From the IMG/VR virus record IMGVR_UViG_3300033146_004974, positions 21,851-85,850 of that record: a stretch of DNA of 64,000 nucleotides, one strand, 5' to 3'. Each line of letters opens with the position of its first letter. Positions within the stretch are counted from its first letter, which is position 1. The translations under genes were made by a program, and so were the position numbers. Positions 20,633 to 29,840 of the stretch are shown here, piece after piece. The notes under the pieces were generated by a model, which worked only from the letters and a program-made list of their open reading frames with translations, made no database searches and was not told where the DNA came from. This stretch comes from a virus.

Positions 20633-20634
20633 GG

Positions 20635-20973
20635 ATGGAGTTTTATCAATTTTTAACAGATATAGGAGGTGTTGCAAAACTAGTTCTCTTATTCATATTG
20701 GGCGGCTTCATGCTTCATCTTAAATCGGCTGTTAACAATGGAAAGATTTCTGTTGTTATACAAAGCAGGACCAACTCCTCTTTAGAAAAAGAAAACCATA
20801 TTTTAAAAGAGGAAAACTCTAAACTTTGTGTAGAAATTAAGGAAGTAAGGTTGACTGCAAAACAAATGTCGGAAGAAGTTGAAGCATGGCAAATAAAGTA
20901 TATTGAAGCCCTTGAAAAAAGCAAAAAAGAGTTTTTAGAATTAAAAAAGGAGATTGAAGATGAACACACTTAG
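20635..20973 (+). CDS. membrane-anchored coiled-coil protein (holin-like?)
   Basis: N-terminal hydrophobic segment followed by a charged heptad region. Confidence 0.45.
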   Translation: MEFYQFLTDIGGVAKLVLLFILGGFMLHLKSAVNNGKISVVIQSRTNSSLEKENHILKEENSKLCVEIKEVRLTAKQMSEEVEAWQIKYIEALEKSKKEFLELKKEIEDEHT

Positions 20974-21045
20974 TGACAAAGAAAGGAATAGACTTATAGT
21001 AAAAATGATGCTCTTTTTCTTCCTCTTGTTGATGATGATGTTCTA

Positions 21046-21831
21046 ATGATTTTCAAAAAATATGAATCTTTCTTGAAAAGCAATATTCAACGCCATCACA
21101 ATCGTGTATCAATGATTAAAAAAATTGATATTGCGATTGAATATGAAGATTTTATAGATGCACAATTGCATTATGATATTGCAGTGCTTTTGCTTTCCGA
21201 AATGAGGAAAACTTGGGCACTGGATAGGATAGCAATAATTTTTTCATTTCATAGCGAAAAAATTTTGGAAGATAGGAAAAGGGAGTTTGAGAACTTTGTT
21301 GTCAATCAGGATCAAAGGGCACAGTTAAAGAAAGTTTTGAATTATTTTGACTTATCTAATTCTATGATATATGAAGAGAATTATATGATGAAGAAGTATT
21401 ACAGAATGCGAAACGCTTTAACATTTGGTGACTATATCAATCCACAAGATTTAGGAGGATTTGTTGGCGAAAAAAGTGTGAATAAAATCATCTCCAATCT
21501 TAACAAGCCAGCTATTTACGAGTCTGGAGATCTGTTGTTGATTAATTTCACCAGAATGAAAAACGACAGATTTCGCAAAATCTTCGATCTTCATTATTAC
21601 CAATCGAAGAATTACATCAGAAGTGGTCTCTTTTTCGTTCTGTCCGAAACAGATATTGTTGGCCCATCAGGAAGAATGTATAGAGGATGGTTATTTACAG
21701 GCGATAGAAAATTGGATGTTCACATTGGAGAACAATTCTTAAAAAAATACCGTTTTACTAAGAGGATGAGGAATGATATCAGGAAATTTAGAAAAGAACA
21801 TGGACAATTACAATCGAAATCCTATTATTAG
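21046..21831 (+). CDS. hypothetical protein
   Basis: ORF track. Confidence 0.65.
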   Translation: MIFKKYESFLKSNIQRHHNRVSMIKKIDIAIEYEDFIDAQLHYDIAVLLLSEMRKTWALDRIAIIFSFHSEKILEDRKREFENFVVNQDQRAQLKKVLNYFDLSNSMIYEENYMMKKYYRMRNALTFGDYINPQDLGGFVGEKSVNKIISNLNKPAIYESGDLLLINFTRMKNDRFRKIFDLHYYQSKNYIRSGLFFVLSETDIVGPSGRMYRGWLFTGDRKLDVHIGEQFLKKYRFTKRMRNDIRKFRKEHGQLQSKSYY

Positions 21832-22096
21832 AGTTCAAAAAACGGTAGATTGGAGAAATTTTAGAAACCTTTTGGAACATGAATGGAGCGAATTTCAAGA
21901 TCTTGTGGAATGGGGGGGGATGGATGTTTTCAAATGGGATTCTGAAGAGATGGCCGATTCGATGTTGAGAATTAAACTGAAATTTGACGATTTGTACACA
22001 AATTTTGAAGCTTACTTGGAAATAGAGAAAAAAATTGAAGATAACACACCAAGAAATGAAGAAGACATTCCAGAAGTTGAACATTCAGGCGATTAA
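21800..22096 (+). CDS. hypothetical protein
   Basis: ORF track. Confidence 0.55.
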   Translation: MDNYNRNPIIRVQKTVDWRNFRNLLEHEWSEFQDLVEWGGMDVFKWDSEEMADSMLRIKLKFDDLYTNFEAYLEIEKKIEDNTPRNEEDIPEVEHSGD

Positions 22097-22352
22097 CGCT
22101 TCAATATTGAGTGCAGAAGAAGAGCCACAATGGATTCCTAAAAAAGAAGGAGTTCAAGAGCTTTTATGGAATTTGAAAGAAGATTGTGAAGAGACTGTGA
22201 AACTGATGCTGAACTTTTTTCATCCTTCAGTTGAAACTGATGCTGAAATTAATGATGAAACTTTTGCAGAATTGTTTATCAAACTTGAGCTGAATTTTGC
22301 AATGACAGAATTGTTGAGAAGAGAGTTTTCCATTTCGCTTTTGTTGCACTGA
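22056..22352 (+). CDS. hypothetical protein
   Basis: ORF track. Confidence 0.55.
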   Translation: MKKTFQKLNIQAINASILSAEEEPQWIPKKEGVQELLWNLKEDCEETVKLMLNFFHPSVETDAEINDETFAELFIKLELNFAMTELLRREFSISLLLH

Positions 22353-22360
22353 AAGAGAAA

Positions 22361-22831
22361 ATGTTGAGCAAAATAGCGCTTTTTATGTTCAAGTTAAGCT
22401 CATTTTATTCGCTTGTGGCATTGTACTCTATTGTCTCATTCGGTTTCTGCACTCTTCAGACATCATTACTAATTGGTTTTGCAGCAGTGTGGTTGATGCT
22501 GATGAACAAAGCTTTTTACTCCTTTTTCAAGTCGTATCTTGAAGTTTTGCCATTTAGGGTTGACAAAAGCAAGACTTATCAAGTTTCTTACGATATCATT
22601 TTCCCAATGGCAGTTCTGCTTTCATTCAATATGATCACCTTTTATGGATTTTTTGCAATACCTTTTCTAATTGCAGTCATCGGTAGCAAAACTTACCCAT
22701 ATTCTTTTGGCAAACAAATTTATTTAGTTCGTGGGGAGAAATTGTTCTACATCATTTCCAAACGTCCATTGTCAAAAGTGACGCATGTGCGTTGTTTGAG
22801 CAATGTTCTATATATTGATGTAGAAAGGTGA
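22361..22831 (+). CDS. hypothetical membrane protein
   Basis: Several hydrophobic segments. Confidence 0.6.
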   Translation: MLSKIALFMFKLSSFYSLVALYSIVSFGFCTLQTSLLIGFAAVWLMLMNKAFYSFFKSYLEVLPFRVDKSKTYQVSYDIIFPMAVLLSFNMITFYGFFAIPFLIAVIGSKTYPYSFGKQIYLVRGEKLFYIISKRPLSKVTHVRCLSNVLYIDVER

Positions 22832-22835
22832 TGCA

Positions 22836-23051
22836 ATGAAATTTTGCAAAGAATCGGAAGAAGTCAAATCGTTTGAAAATGATTTTGAAGCTTTTGTTTT
22901 ATATGAAGAATGGGGTGTTGATGATTGTTGTTTCAAATGTTGTTTTATTTATTTCGCATGTTGTTTTATTGCAGTTGATAATACGCCCGTCTTAGAGAAC
23001 CAAGTGGGACCTACACATGTAAGTTACAATTTCAGCAGAAATTGGATGTGA
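22836..23051 (+). CDS. MKFR...WQ family small protein (Cys-rich variant)
   Basis: MKFCK...VDN...FSRNWM. Confidence 0.7.
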   Translation: MKFCKESEEVKSFENDFEAFVLYEEWGVDDCCFKCCFIYFACCFIAVDNTPVLENQVGPTHVSYNFSRNWM

Positions 23052-23083
23052 TACAATAAAGTTGGCAAAAGACGAAAGTCTTC

Positions 23084-23137
23084 GAAACAGCACGAATCCT
23101 CGCCGTGTTTGACTCCTGAGCGCGGGTGTGACATTGT
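23084..23137 (+). promoter_or_regulatory. promoter with upstream GAAAC box
   Basis: GAAACAGCACGAATCC...TTGACT 23109, 17-nt spacer, CATTGT. Confidence 0.6.
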
Positions 23138-23187
23138 GAAGGTGCAAGCGAAGGAATATCACAAACACGTTGTACAAGGCGTTGACA

Positions 23188-23382
23188 ATGAAATTCCGTC
23201 AAGAATCAGAAGAAGTCGAATCGTTTGAAAATGATTTCGAAACTTTTGTTATATATGAAGAATGGGATATTGATGATTGTTATTTCGCATGTGGTCCTGC
23301 TGGAGTTGATAATACGCCCCACTTGGAGAATCAAGTGGGGCTTACACATGTAAGTTACAATTTCAGCAGAAATTGGATGTGA
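23188..23382 (+). CDS. MKFR...WQ family small protein
   Basis: MKFRQ...VDN...FSRNWM; close paralog of 22836. Confidence 0.7.
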   Translation: MKFRQESEEVESFENDFETFVIYEEWDIDDCYFACGPAGVDNTPHLENQVGLTHVSYNFSRNWM

Positions 23383-23414
23383 TACAACAAAGTTTGCGAA
23401 AGGTGATACATCTT

Positions 23415-23468
23415 GAAACGGCGCAAATTCGTACTGTGCTTGACTCCTAAGCGCTAGTGTGGCATTGT
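23415..23468 (+). promoter_or_regulatory. promoter with upstream GAAAC box
   Basis: GAAACGGCGCAAATTC...TTGACT 23440, 17-nt spacer, CATTGT. Confidence 0.65.
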
Positions 23469-23519
23469 GAAGGTGCGAGCACGGAATCACCACAAACACG
23501 TTGCACAAGGCGTTGACAA

Positions 23520-24314
23520 ATGTATATTCAAAACTTTGTTGTTGAAGTTACCAGAAGATGTAACATGGTTTGCTCTCATTGCTTGCGAGGGAAAGCCCAG
23601 AATCTTGAAATGAGTCGAGAAACAGTTTCGCGTTTGTTTCGCGGAATTGATAGTATTAGGGCTTTAACGATAACAGGTGGAGAGCCAAGCCTCGCCGTCG
23701 AAAGAATTGAATGGATCATTGATGAATTGAAAAACAATCATGTCGAACTTGGCTATTTTTATATTGCAACAAATGGTAAGAAAGTTTCTCAAGAGTTTTT
23801 GATTGCTTTGATCAAACTTTATGCACTTTCTGATGAAAAAGATATGTGCCAAGTCCTTGTTTCGACAAGCTATCATGATTTGCCCGTGAATAATGATCAA
23901 TTGGAACTCCTTTCGGCATTAAATTTTGTCGAGATTCAGAAGGATGCTCCTTTCGCCTTGATCGAACAAGGATTCGCAGAAAATTTGTCCGGCAACAAAA
24001 GAGAATTAAGCCTGGAATGGTTTGAAGTTGATGAAGATAGTATAATGGATGGATATATTTATATCAATGCAAAAGGAGATTTCATTCCATCTTGCGATAT
24101 GTCTTATGACAATCAAGATTTGGTTGCCAAATTTGGCAATGTGAACGATGATGGTTTTAATTATTTTGAGGCCATTGAACAGTTTAATGAAATACAGGAA
24201 TATTCTCCCATCAATGAGGACAGTGAATATGGGATTTGCTTTAGTGAGTTGATCGATAGATTGATGGAAAAGTACAAAAACATTTGGAGTTTTAAATGTT
24301 CATCTGCTGCATGA
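23520..24314 (+). CDS. radical SAM protein
   Basis: CNMVCSHC (CxxxCxxC), ITGGEP, ATNG, C-terminal YINAKGDFIPSC (Twitch-like). Confidence 0.9.
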   Translation: MYIQNFVVEVTRRCNMVCSHCLRGKAQNLEMSRETVSRLFRGIDSIRALTITGGEPSLAVERIEWIIDELKNNHVELGYFYIATNGKKVSQEFLIALIKLYALSDEKDMCQVLVSTSYHDLPVNNDQLELLSALNFVEIQKDAPFALIEQGFAENLSGNKRELSLEWFEVDEDSIMDGYIYINAKGDFIPSCDMSYDNQDLVAKFGNVNDDGFNYFEAIEQFNEIQEYSPINEDSEYGICFSELIDRLMEKYKNIWSFKCSSAA

Positions 24315-24748
24315 TTATTGTTACAATTGTAGCATGGATTTCTCAAAATGCTTTGCATGAAATGGCGCACTTTTTGGTGGCGAAATATCATTTCAATGTT
24401 AAGCTGAAAACATTCAGAATCTTTCCTCACTTTCTGGGAAAAGATGGAGAAGTCTATTATCTCCCATTCACTCTCAAAAAGCCTGAAGGTGCGCGGTTTT
24501 TATTCGCAAGGGTTGAATGGGAAGGAGGAGAGTCAGAAAGTGCCGCAAAAATGAGACAAGTTCTTGCAGCACCGCTTGTTGCTTCATTTGCTTTAATCCT
24601 TCTGCTGCTCATTGCAGAAAGTTTGACAGGATTCAGCTTTTTTTATTCCCCATTTTATCTAACATCAGGAATCAACATCGTTTGGTGGATTTGGGGAATG
24701 AAATTTGGCTCAAAATTTTCTGATGGCAAAAGATATTTGTCATTGTGA
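24296..24748 (+). CDS. membrane protein with HExxH (M50/zincin-like metalloprotease)
   Basis: LHEMAH in a hydrophobic helix, LAAPL, C-terminal SDG. Confidence 0.55.
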   Translation: MFICCMIIVTIVAWISQNALHEMAHFLVAKYHFNVKLKTFRIFPHFLGKDGEVYYLPFTLKKPEGARFLFARVEWEGGESESAAKMRQVLAAPLVASFALILLLLIAESLTGFSFFYSPFYLTSGINIVWWIWGMKFGSKFSDGKRYLSL

Positions 24749-24754
24749 GGAAAA

Positions 24755-25777
24755 ATGGAAATTTTTGACAACAAAGAATTCAAGATTCTTAGGTCAGATG
24801 AGTACAACTTCGTTTTTGACAAAAAGACTGGAGTTTTCAAAAGGTGGGGAAAGACTTTTGACGATGATCCAGAAGAAGGTCTGCCAGAAATTGCCGATAT
24901 TGAAATTTCAGAAGTTTGTTCTGGAGTCTCTGGAAGTGGTTTGTGTAATTTTTGTTATAAAAGCAACACAAAGTCTGGGCGGAATATGAGCCTTGAGACC
25001 TTTAAAAAGGTCTTTTCCAATCTTCCGAAAAGCGTGACTCAAATTGCTTTTGGAATTGGTGATATTGAAGGTAATCCAGAGATTTGGGATATTTTGTGGC
25101 ACACCAGAAACAATGGTGTCATTCCCAATATTACAATAAATGGACAAGGGATAACAAAAAAAATTGCGCATAAGTTGGCCAGTGTTTGCGGCGCTGTTGC
25201 AGTCTCTTTGTACAACAAAGAATTAACATTTGATGCTGTTCATAAGCTTTCTGAAGAAGGTTTAAAGCAAGTTAATATCCATTTCTTTTTGGCTGAAGAA
25301 ACATATGAAAGGGCGTTAAGAACTCTTGATGATATCAAGAATGACGAAAGATTGGCCAATTTGAATGCGCTAGTCTTTTTGTCGCTGAAGTCAAAAGGCC
25401 GTGCCAAAGGTAATTTCCATTCTCTTTCGCAAGAGAGATTCACCAATCTTGTGGAAAAATCAATGGAAAAAGGAGTTAGAATCGGTTTTGATTCATGTTC
25501 GGCATTTAAATATCTGAATGCTGTTGGATATGAAGAACCACATATTTCATTCACAGAGCCTTGCGAAAGCACTCTTTTTTCAATGTATATAAACGTTGAA
25601 GGAAAATTTTTTCCATGTTCTTTTATGGAAGGTGAAAAAGGTTGGGAAAAAGGAATTGATTGCACAAGTGGAGAATTTTTGAAAGCAGTATGGAATCATG
25701 GGAGAACATGCAGAACAAGAAATTTAGTGAAAATTGCAAGAAAATCTTGTGTTAATTGTCACCATTTTAAAATTTGA
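24755..25777 (+). CDS. radical SAM protein with SPASM/Twitch-like C-terminus
   Basis: CSGVSGSGLCNFC (Cx8Cx2C), NITING, PCESTLFSMYINVEGKFFPCSF, CVNC. Confidence 0.85.
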   Translation: MEIFDNKEFKILRSDEYNFVFDKKTGVFKRWGKTFDDDPEEGLPEIADIEISEVCSGVSGSGLCNFCYKSNTKSGRNMSLETFKKVFSNLPKSVTQIAFGIGDIEGNPEIWDILWHTRNNGVIPNITINGQGITKKIAHKLASVCGAVAVSLYNKELTFDAVHKLSEEGLKQVNIHFFLAEETYERALRTLDDIKNDERLANLNALVFLSLKSKGRAKGNFHSLSQERFTNLVEKSMEKGVRIGFDSCSAFKYLNAVGYEEPHISFTEPCESTLFSMYINVEGKFFPCSFMEGEKGWEKGIDCTSGEFLKAVWNHGRTCRTRNLVKIARKSCVNCHHFKI

Positions 25778-25787
25778 GGGAAAATAA

Positions 25788-26312
25788 GTGAAAGTTAGAC
25801 ACGGTTTTGTTTCAAATTCATCGTCAAGTTCGTTTCAATGCGGAGTTTGTGATGAAATTGCATCAGGTTGGGATGTCTCTTTTGAAGATTGGGGGATATA
25901 TCAGTGCGGCATTTGTGAACAAACATATTGCGAACATCATGCGTTACCATTGACGTTTGGGAATGTCCAAAGGGGAGTTGAAAAACTGATAAAAAACAGT
26001 GAAAAATCATTTTCCAATGATTTTCATGTTGACCAAGAAGTTTTGCAAATTTTGCAGAATCATTCTGGGATGCTTGATGAACACGGACTGGATGATTTGC
26101 AAGAACTTTTCGAAGCCGGGACAAAATGGTCTGAACCAATGGTGAGAAACTTTGTTGCAACAGTTTGTTGTCCAATGTGTTCAATGCAAAAGATGTCTCC
26201 AAGATTATATGTTAAGTACATCTTGAAACATCATTTGAAGATGACTGAAGAAGAGGTGCTGGCTTCTTTGAGAGGGAATGGTGTTACATTTGAACAACTT
26301 ATGTCACCATGA
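25788..26312 (+). CDS. Cys-rich protein with N-terminal GFVSNSSSSSF motif
   Basis: MKVRHGFVSNSSSSSF; several CxxC pairs. Confidence 0.75.
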   Translation: MKVRHGFVSNSSSSSFQCGVCDEIASGWDVSFEDWGIYQCGICEQTYCEHHALPLTFGNVQRGVEKLIKNSEKSFSNDFHVDQEVLQILQNHSGMLDEHGLDDLQELFEAGTKWSEPMVRNFVATVCCPMCSMQKMSPRLYVKYILKHHLKMTEEEVLASLRGNGVTFEQLMSP

Positions 26313-26370
26313 ACTCAGGAGGAGAAGAACAGTGAACAAATTACAATAACGTAAAAAGCTGAGGAAAAAA

Positions 26371-27624
26371 ATGAGTACATTCACATTCAAAGAAGTTTTG
26401 GCTGCAATCCCATATCTCATTGACAATCAGACTGGGAAGAAAAAGTTTGGCATCATGCTTCGTGGTCCACATGGAATTGGCAAAAGCGAATTTATTGCTC
26501 AAATTGGCCACAAATTGGGGAGAAAAGTTCTTGATGTTCGTCTTTCACAAAAAAGTGAAGGCGATTTGATGGGATTGCCAACAATTGTTGAAGGAGATGA
26601 TGGTTTTTCTTCAACAAGATTCCACTCTCCAGAATGGTTTATGCAAGCCTGTCGCGAACCAGTTGTTCTTAATATGGATGAGTGGGATCGAGCAATAACA
26701 GAAGTTCGCCAAGGAGCTTTTGAAATTGGCGATTCAAGAAAGCTGGATATGAAAGAGCTTCATCCAGATACTTTAGTTTTTACAGCGTGCAATTCTGGAA
26801 CTGAATTGACTTCTGGTCAATATGATGTTAATGATCTTGATCCAGCGGAACTTGATCGTTGGTTTGTCATTGATTTAGAACCTTCCGTTGACGACTGGTT
26901 GGCGTGGGCTTCAAAAAATGAAATTCCAGAAGTGATTTGGGATTTTCATAATGAAAATTCAAGAACCACAAATCATCTGGAATTCAATGGGGTTTCAGAA
27001 CCAAACAAGATTTACCCTTCGAGAAGAAGTTGGGCAAGATTTGCGGACGCAATCAATAATTATCTTCTTCTTGAAAAGAAAAAAAATGTTGGGGAAATGG
27101 ATAAAGAAATCCTTTTCTTCCTTGGTTGCGGATTTCTGGGGGATGAGACAACAGCAGCTTTTATTAAATACACTCAAGAGTACAAACATGGTGAAAAACC
27201 TTCCCTGGAAGACATTCTTGACCATGGGAAGTTCCACAAGTTGAAGACCTGTGAAGCAACTGATCACATTGCAATTGTGGAGAAGTTTAAGAAAAAATAT
27301 CCTGTCACAAAGGGTGATACATTCATTCTTAATGGGCAACAGATTGAGAATCTTGCGGAGTATGCAGTAAATTATTGCCCACCTGAAGTAGCAATTTTGT
27401 TGTTTAATCATGTCACTTTCCTTCCTGCAAAGGATGAAGAAATTCAAGTTTTGATGAGACGAACGAGGAGAGAAAGAGGGAGCACTCACCCAACGGGACG
27501 GTTGTTTTCAGATGCAATGAGAATTTATAATTGCAAAGTTTTTGAAAAGAGAACAGGGGAGTTGACAACATTCAAAAAGTATTTTGCTTCATTTGCTGGG
27601 AAATCTTCTCTGATCAGTTTTTAA
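26371..27624 (+). CDS. MoxR-like AAA+ ATPase
   Basis: GPHGIGKS, DLMGLP, LNMDEWDRA, DPAELDRW, PSRRSW. Confidence 0.88.
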   Translation: MSTFTFKEVLAAIPYLIDNQTGKKKFGIMLRGPHGIGKSEFIAQIGHKLGRKVLDVRLSQKSEGDLMGLPTIVEGDDGFSSTRFHSPEWFMQACREPVVLNMDEWDRAITEVRQGAFEIGDSRKLDMKELHPDTLVFTACNSGTELTSGQYDVNDLDPAELDRWFVIDLEPSVDDWLAWASKNEIPEVIWDFHNENSRTTNHLEFNGVSEPNKIYPSRRSWARFADAINNYLLLEKKKNVGEMDKEILFFLGCGFLGDETTAAFIKYTQEYKHGEKPSLEDILDHGKFHKLKTCEATDHIAIVEKFKKKYPVTKGDTFILNGQQIENLAEYAVNYCPPEVAILLFNHVTFLPAKDEEIQVLMRRTRRERGSTHPTGRLFSDAMRIYNCKVFEKRTGELTTFKKYFASFAGKSSLISF

Positions 27625-27663
27625 ACGCAATGCTTTTGCATTGCGGAATTGGGGTGGTGAAAA

Positions 27664-28980
27664 ATGTCTCTTTTTGAAAAAGAAGTCGTCAGATTATTAT
27701 ACGAAGAACCGTTTTTTGCAGCTTTGTCAATGAGGATTAATAAACGTGCGATAAAAGGTGGGCATATTGCAGGAGTGGGGATTGTCAATGGACGTTTGGA
27801 AATGGTTTATAATGAAGAAATGTTTTTCAGTCTCGATGCTGAAACGCGTCTTGGGCTTTTAAAACATGAAATGTATCACATTGTTTTGGCGCATTTAACG
27901 GAAAGGCTACTGTACTCAGACGAATCAAAAGAGATGCAAGAAATTTATGCAGTTGTTGCTAACATCGCTAAAGATTTAGCAATTAATACGCATATCCCCT
28001 CATTGAGCGGTGTTAAAAAGGTGCTTGTTAAAGGTGAAATGCAGGAAATTTATTTTTGTATTCCAGGTGGTAAGGGATATGAAAAATATCCTCCGAATTT
28101 GACTTCTGAAGCATATTACGACATGCTTAAAAAAGATGAGGAATTCCTCGCGACATTCAAATGTTCAGTTTGTAAAAAGAAGATTCCATTTAATGAAAAA
28201 GACGAGCTGAAAGATGATTATTGCAAAGGTTGCAAAGGTTACGGCGGGGTTTTGGGAGAAAGTGGTCCAGAACATGGGAATCACGATAAGCATGAAGGAT
28301 TTGGAGAATCGAAAGTCAATGATGCGATTCTTAAGGATGTTCTAAACAAGGCTTACAAAGATGGATTGCGCAAAGGTTTTGGGTCTTTGTCGCATGAATA
28401 TCAGGAGCTTTTGAAAAATTATTTTTCAAACTATGTTGATTGGAAGATGCTTTTTAGAAGATTTGTAAAATTTTCCATCAGAAATGGAAAAAAATCATCT
28501 TTGATGAAGTTGAACAAACGATATCCTTATATGTTTGCAGGAAAGAAATATAACAGAACTGCCAACATTGCGGTGTCAATTGACGAAAGCGGCTCTGTTA
28601 GCAATGAAATGCTTGAAGTGTTCATAGCAGAGCTGAACTCTCTTTCGAGAATGGTGGAATTTACTGTTATCCCTTTTGACACAAAGATAAACAAAAAAAA
28701 TATCTTTGTGTGGAAAAAGGGGAGCAAATTAGATTTTATTCGTCGCCAAGCTGGCGGAACCGACTTCGATGCACCGACAAACTGGGTGAATGAGAATAAA
28801 TCTCCAAATGGTTCTAAATTTGATGGTCACATTATTCTAACAGATTTAGAAGCTCCTCAACCTGGCCCAAGTCGTTGTAAAAGAATGTGGATTACAACTG
28901 AATCATGCAGTAATAGCTATTTCGATCCAAAAAGCATTGGAGAAGTTGTTACTTATATCCCGGATGAACAACTAAGATAA
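27664..28980 (+). CDS. VWA-like domain / metallopeptidase protein (DUF2201 type)
   Basis: KHEMYH, DLAIN, IDESGS, GGTDF, LTD; adjacent to the MoxR ATPase. Confidence 0.88.
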   Translation: MSLFEKEVVRLLYEEPFFAALSMRINKRAIKGGHIAGVGIVNGRLEMVYNEEMFFSLDAETRLGLLKHEMYHIVLAHLTERLLYSDESKEMQEIYAVVANIAKDLAINTHIPSLSGVKKVLVKGEMQEIYFCIPGGKGYEKYPPNLTSEAYYDMLKKDEEFLATFKCSVCKKKIPFNEKDELKDDYCKGCKGYGGVLGESGPEHGNHDKHEGFGESKVNDAILKDVLNKAYKDGLRKGFGSLSHEYQELLKNYFSNYVDWKMLFRRFVKFSIRNGKKSSLMKLNKRYPYMFAGKKYNRTANIAVSIDESGSVSNEMLEVFIAELNSLSRMVEFTVIPFDTKINKKNIFVWKKGSKLDFIRRQAGGTDFDAPTNWVNENKSPNGSKFDGHIILTDLEAPQPGPSRCKRMWITTESCSNSYFDPKSIGEVVTYIPDEQLR

Positions 28981-28991
28981 AAGGAAGGAAA

Positions 28992-29318
28992 ATGAGTAAA
29001 GAAATTTTAAAAACTGAACAAACACAAGAGAAGTTACAGGCTGTTGAGATTGAAGTTGTGAAGCAACGTTCGATTTTAAAACTTTTAGATTTTTTAAACG
29101 AATCCAGTTACAATTATGATTTTGTAAATGGCAAAGGGCACTTCTTTCGTTTGAGATTGAAGATTGCTGGACAAGAAATGAACGAATATGCTACAATTGA
29201 TTTTCATTTTTTATTTGCAGCAGCAGAAGGTGAATATCAGTTTTTGAACAAATTTAAGAATTATTTGCTTTCCATCTTAACAATTATAGACACGGAATTG
29301 TTAAGATGGAAAGCATAA
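28992..29318 (+). CDS. hypothetical protein
   Basis: AAGGAAGG RBS; ORF track. Confidence 0.6.
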   Translation: MSKEILKTEQTQEKLQAVEIEVVKQRSILKLLDFLNESSYNYDFVNGKGHFFRLRLKIAGQEMNEYATIDFHFLFAAAEGEYQFLNKFKNYLLSILTIIDTELLRWKA

Positions 29319-29464
29319 TGAAAAATGAAAAACCACCATCTTCTTAGGTACACCCGCGCGCATTATGCGCGCGGCACGCAAGAGCGTTATAGTAAAAAGA
29401 ATGATAACCTTCAGGGGGCTAAAATTTATTGCTAGTTTTCAGAAAATTTTAAAAGGAAGCTACA

Positions 29465-29671
29465 ATGAAATTTAAGGAGTTTTCACCAAATATTAATGCA
29501 GCTTTCACCGGATGGACGTTGTTCGAAACGATTAGAATAATGTCAAAGGAAGGTGAAGTGGTGATGAGATGCGAAAATATGGACTGGCTTTGGGAATATC
29601 AAGAGATTGATGGAATTAAGGTGCAAACCATATTTAAAATAGGGCAATATTTCTCAAGAGTTGAACAATAA
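29465..29671 (+). CDS. MKFR...WQ family small protein (isolated, divergent)
   Basis: MKFKE...MDW...FSRVEQ; CAATG start context. Confidence 0.6.
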   Translation: MKFKEFSPNINAAFTGWTLFETIRIMSKEGEVVMRCENMDWLWEYQEIDGIKVQTIFKIGQYFSRVEQ

Positions 29672-29780
29672 ATGTGATGGTTAAAACGTGAGGTCAAAAA
29701 TGGTTAATATCATTTTAACAATGGCTTGGCTATCCATTTTGATAGCCTTCGCCATTCTTTTTTATTTAAGATTTAGCCAT

Positions 29781-29840
29781 GAATAGCTCGGAATTCGCGC
29801 GCCACTTGACTAGACATGTGCCTATGTTAATGTCTAGTCA
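29781..29840 (+). promoter_or_regulatory. promoter with upstream box and overlapping 11-bp inverted repeat
   Basis: GAATAGCTCGGAATTCGCGC...TTGACT 29806; TGACTAGACAT (29807-29817) / ATGTCTAGTCA (29830-29840). Confidence 0.6.

Larger units (their letters stand above)
22834..23519 (+). repeat. imperfect tandem duplication (~350 and ~330 bp units): small ORF + promoter + leader
   Basis: Both units share TCGTTTGAAAATGATTT, TACACATGTAAGTTACAATTTCAGCAGAAATTGGATGTGATACAA, TTGACTCCT and CACAAACACGTTG..CAAGGCGTTGACAA. Confidence 0.9.
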
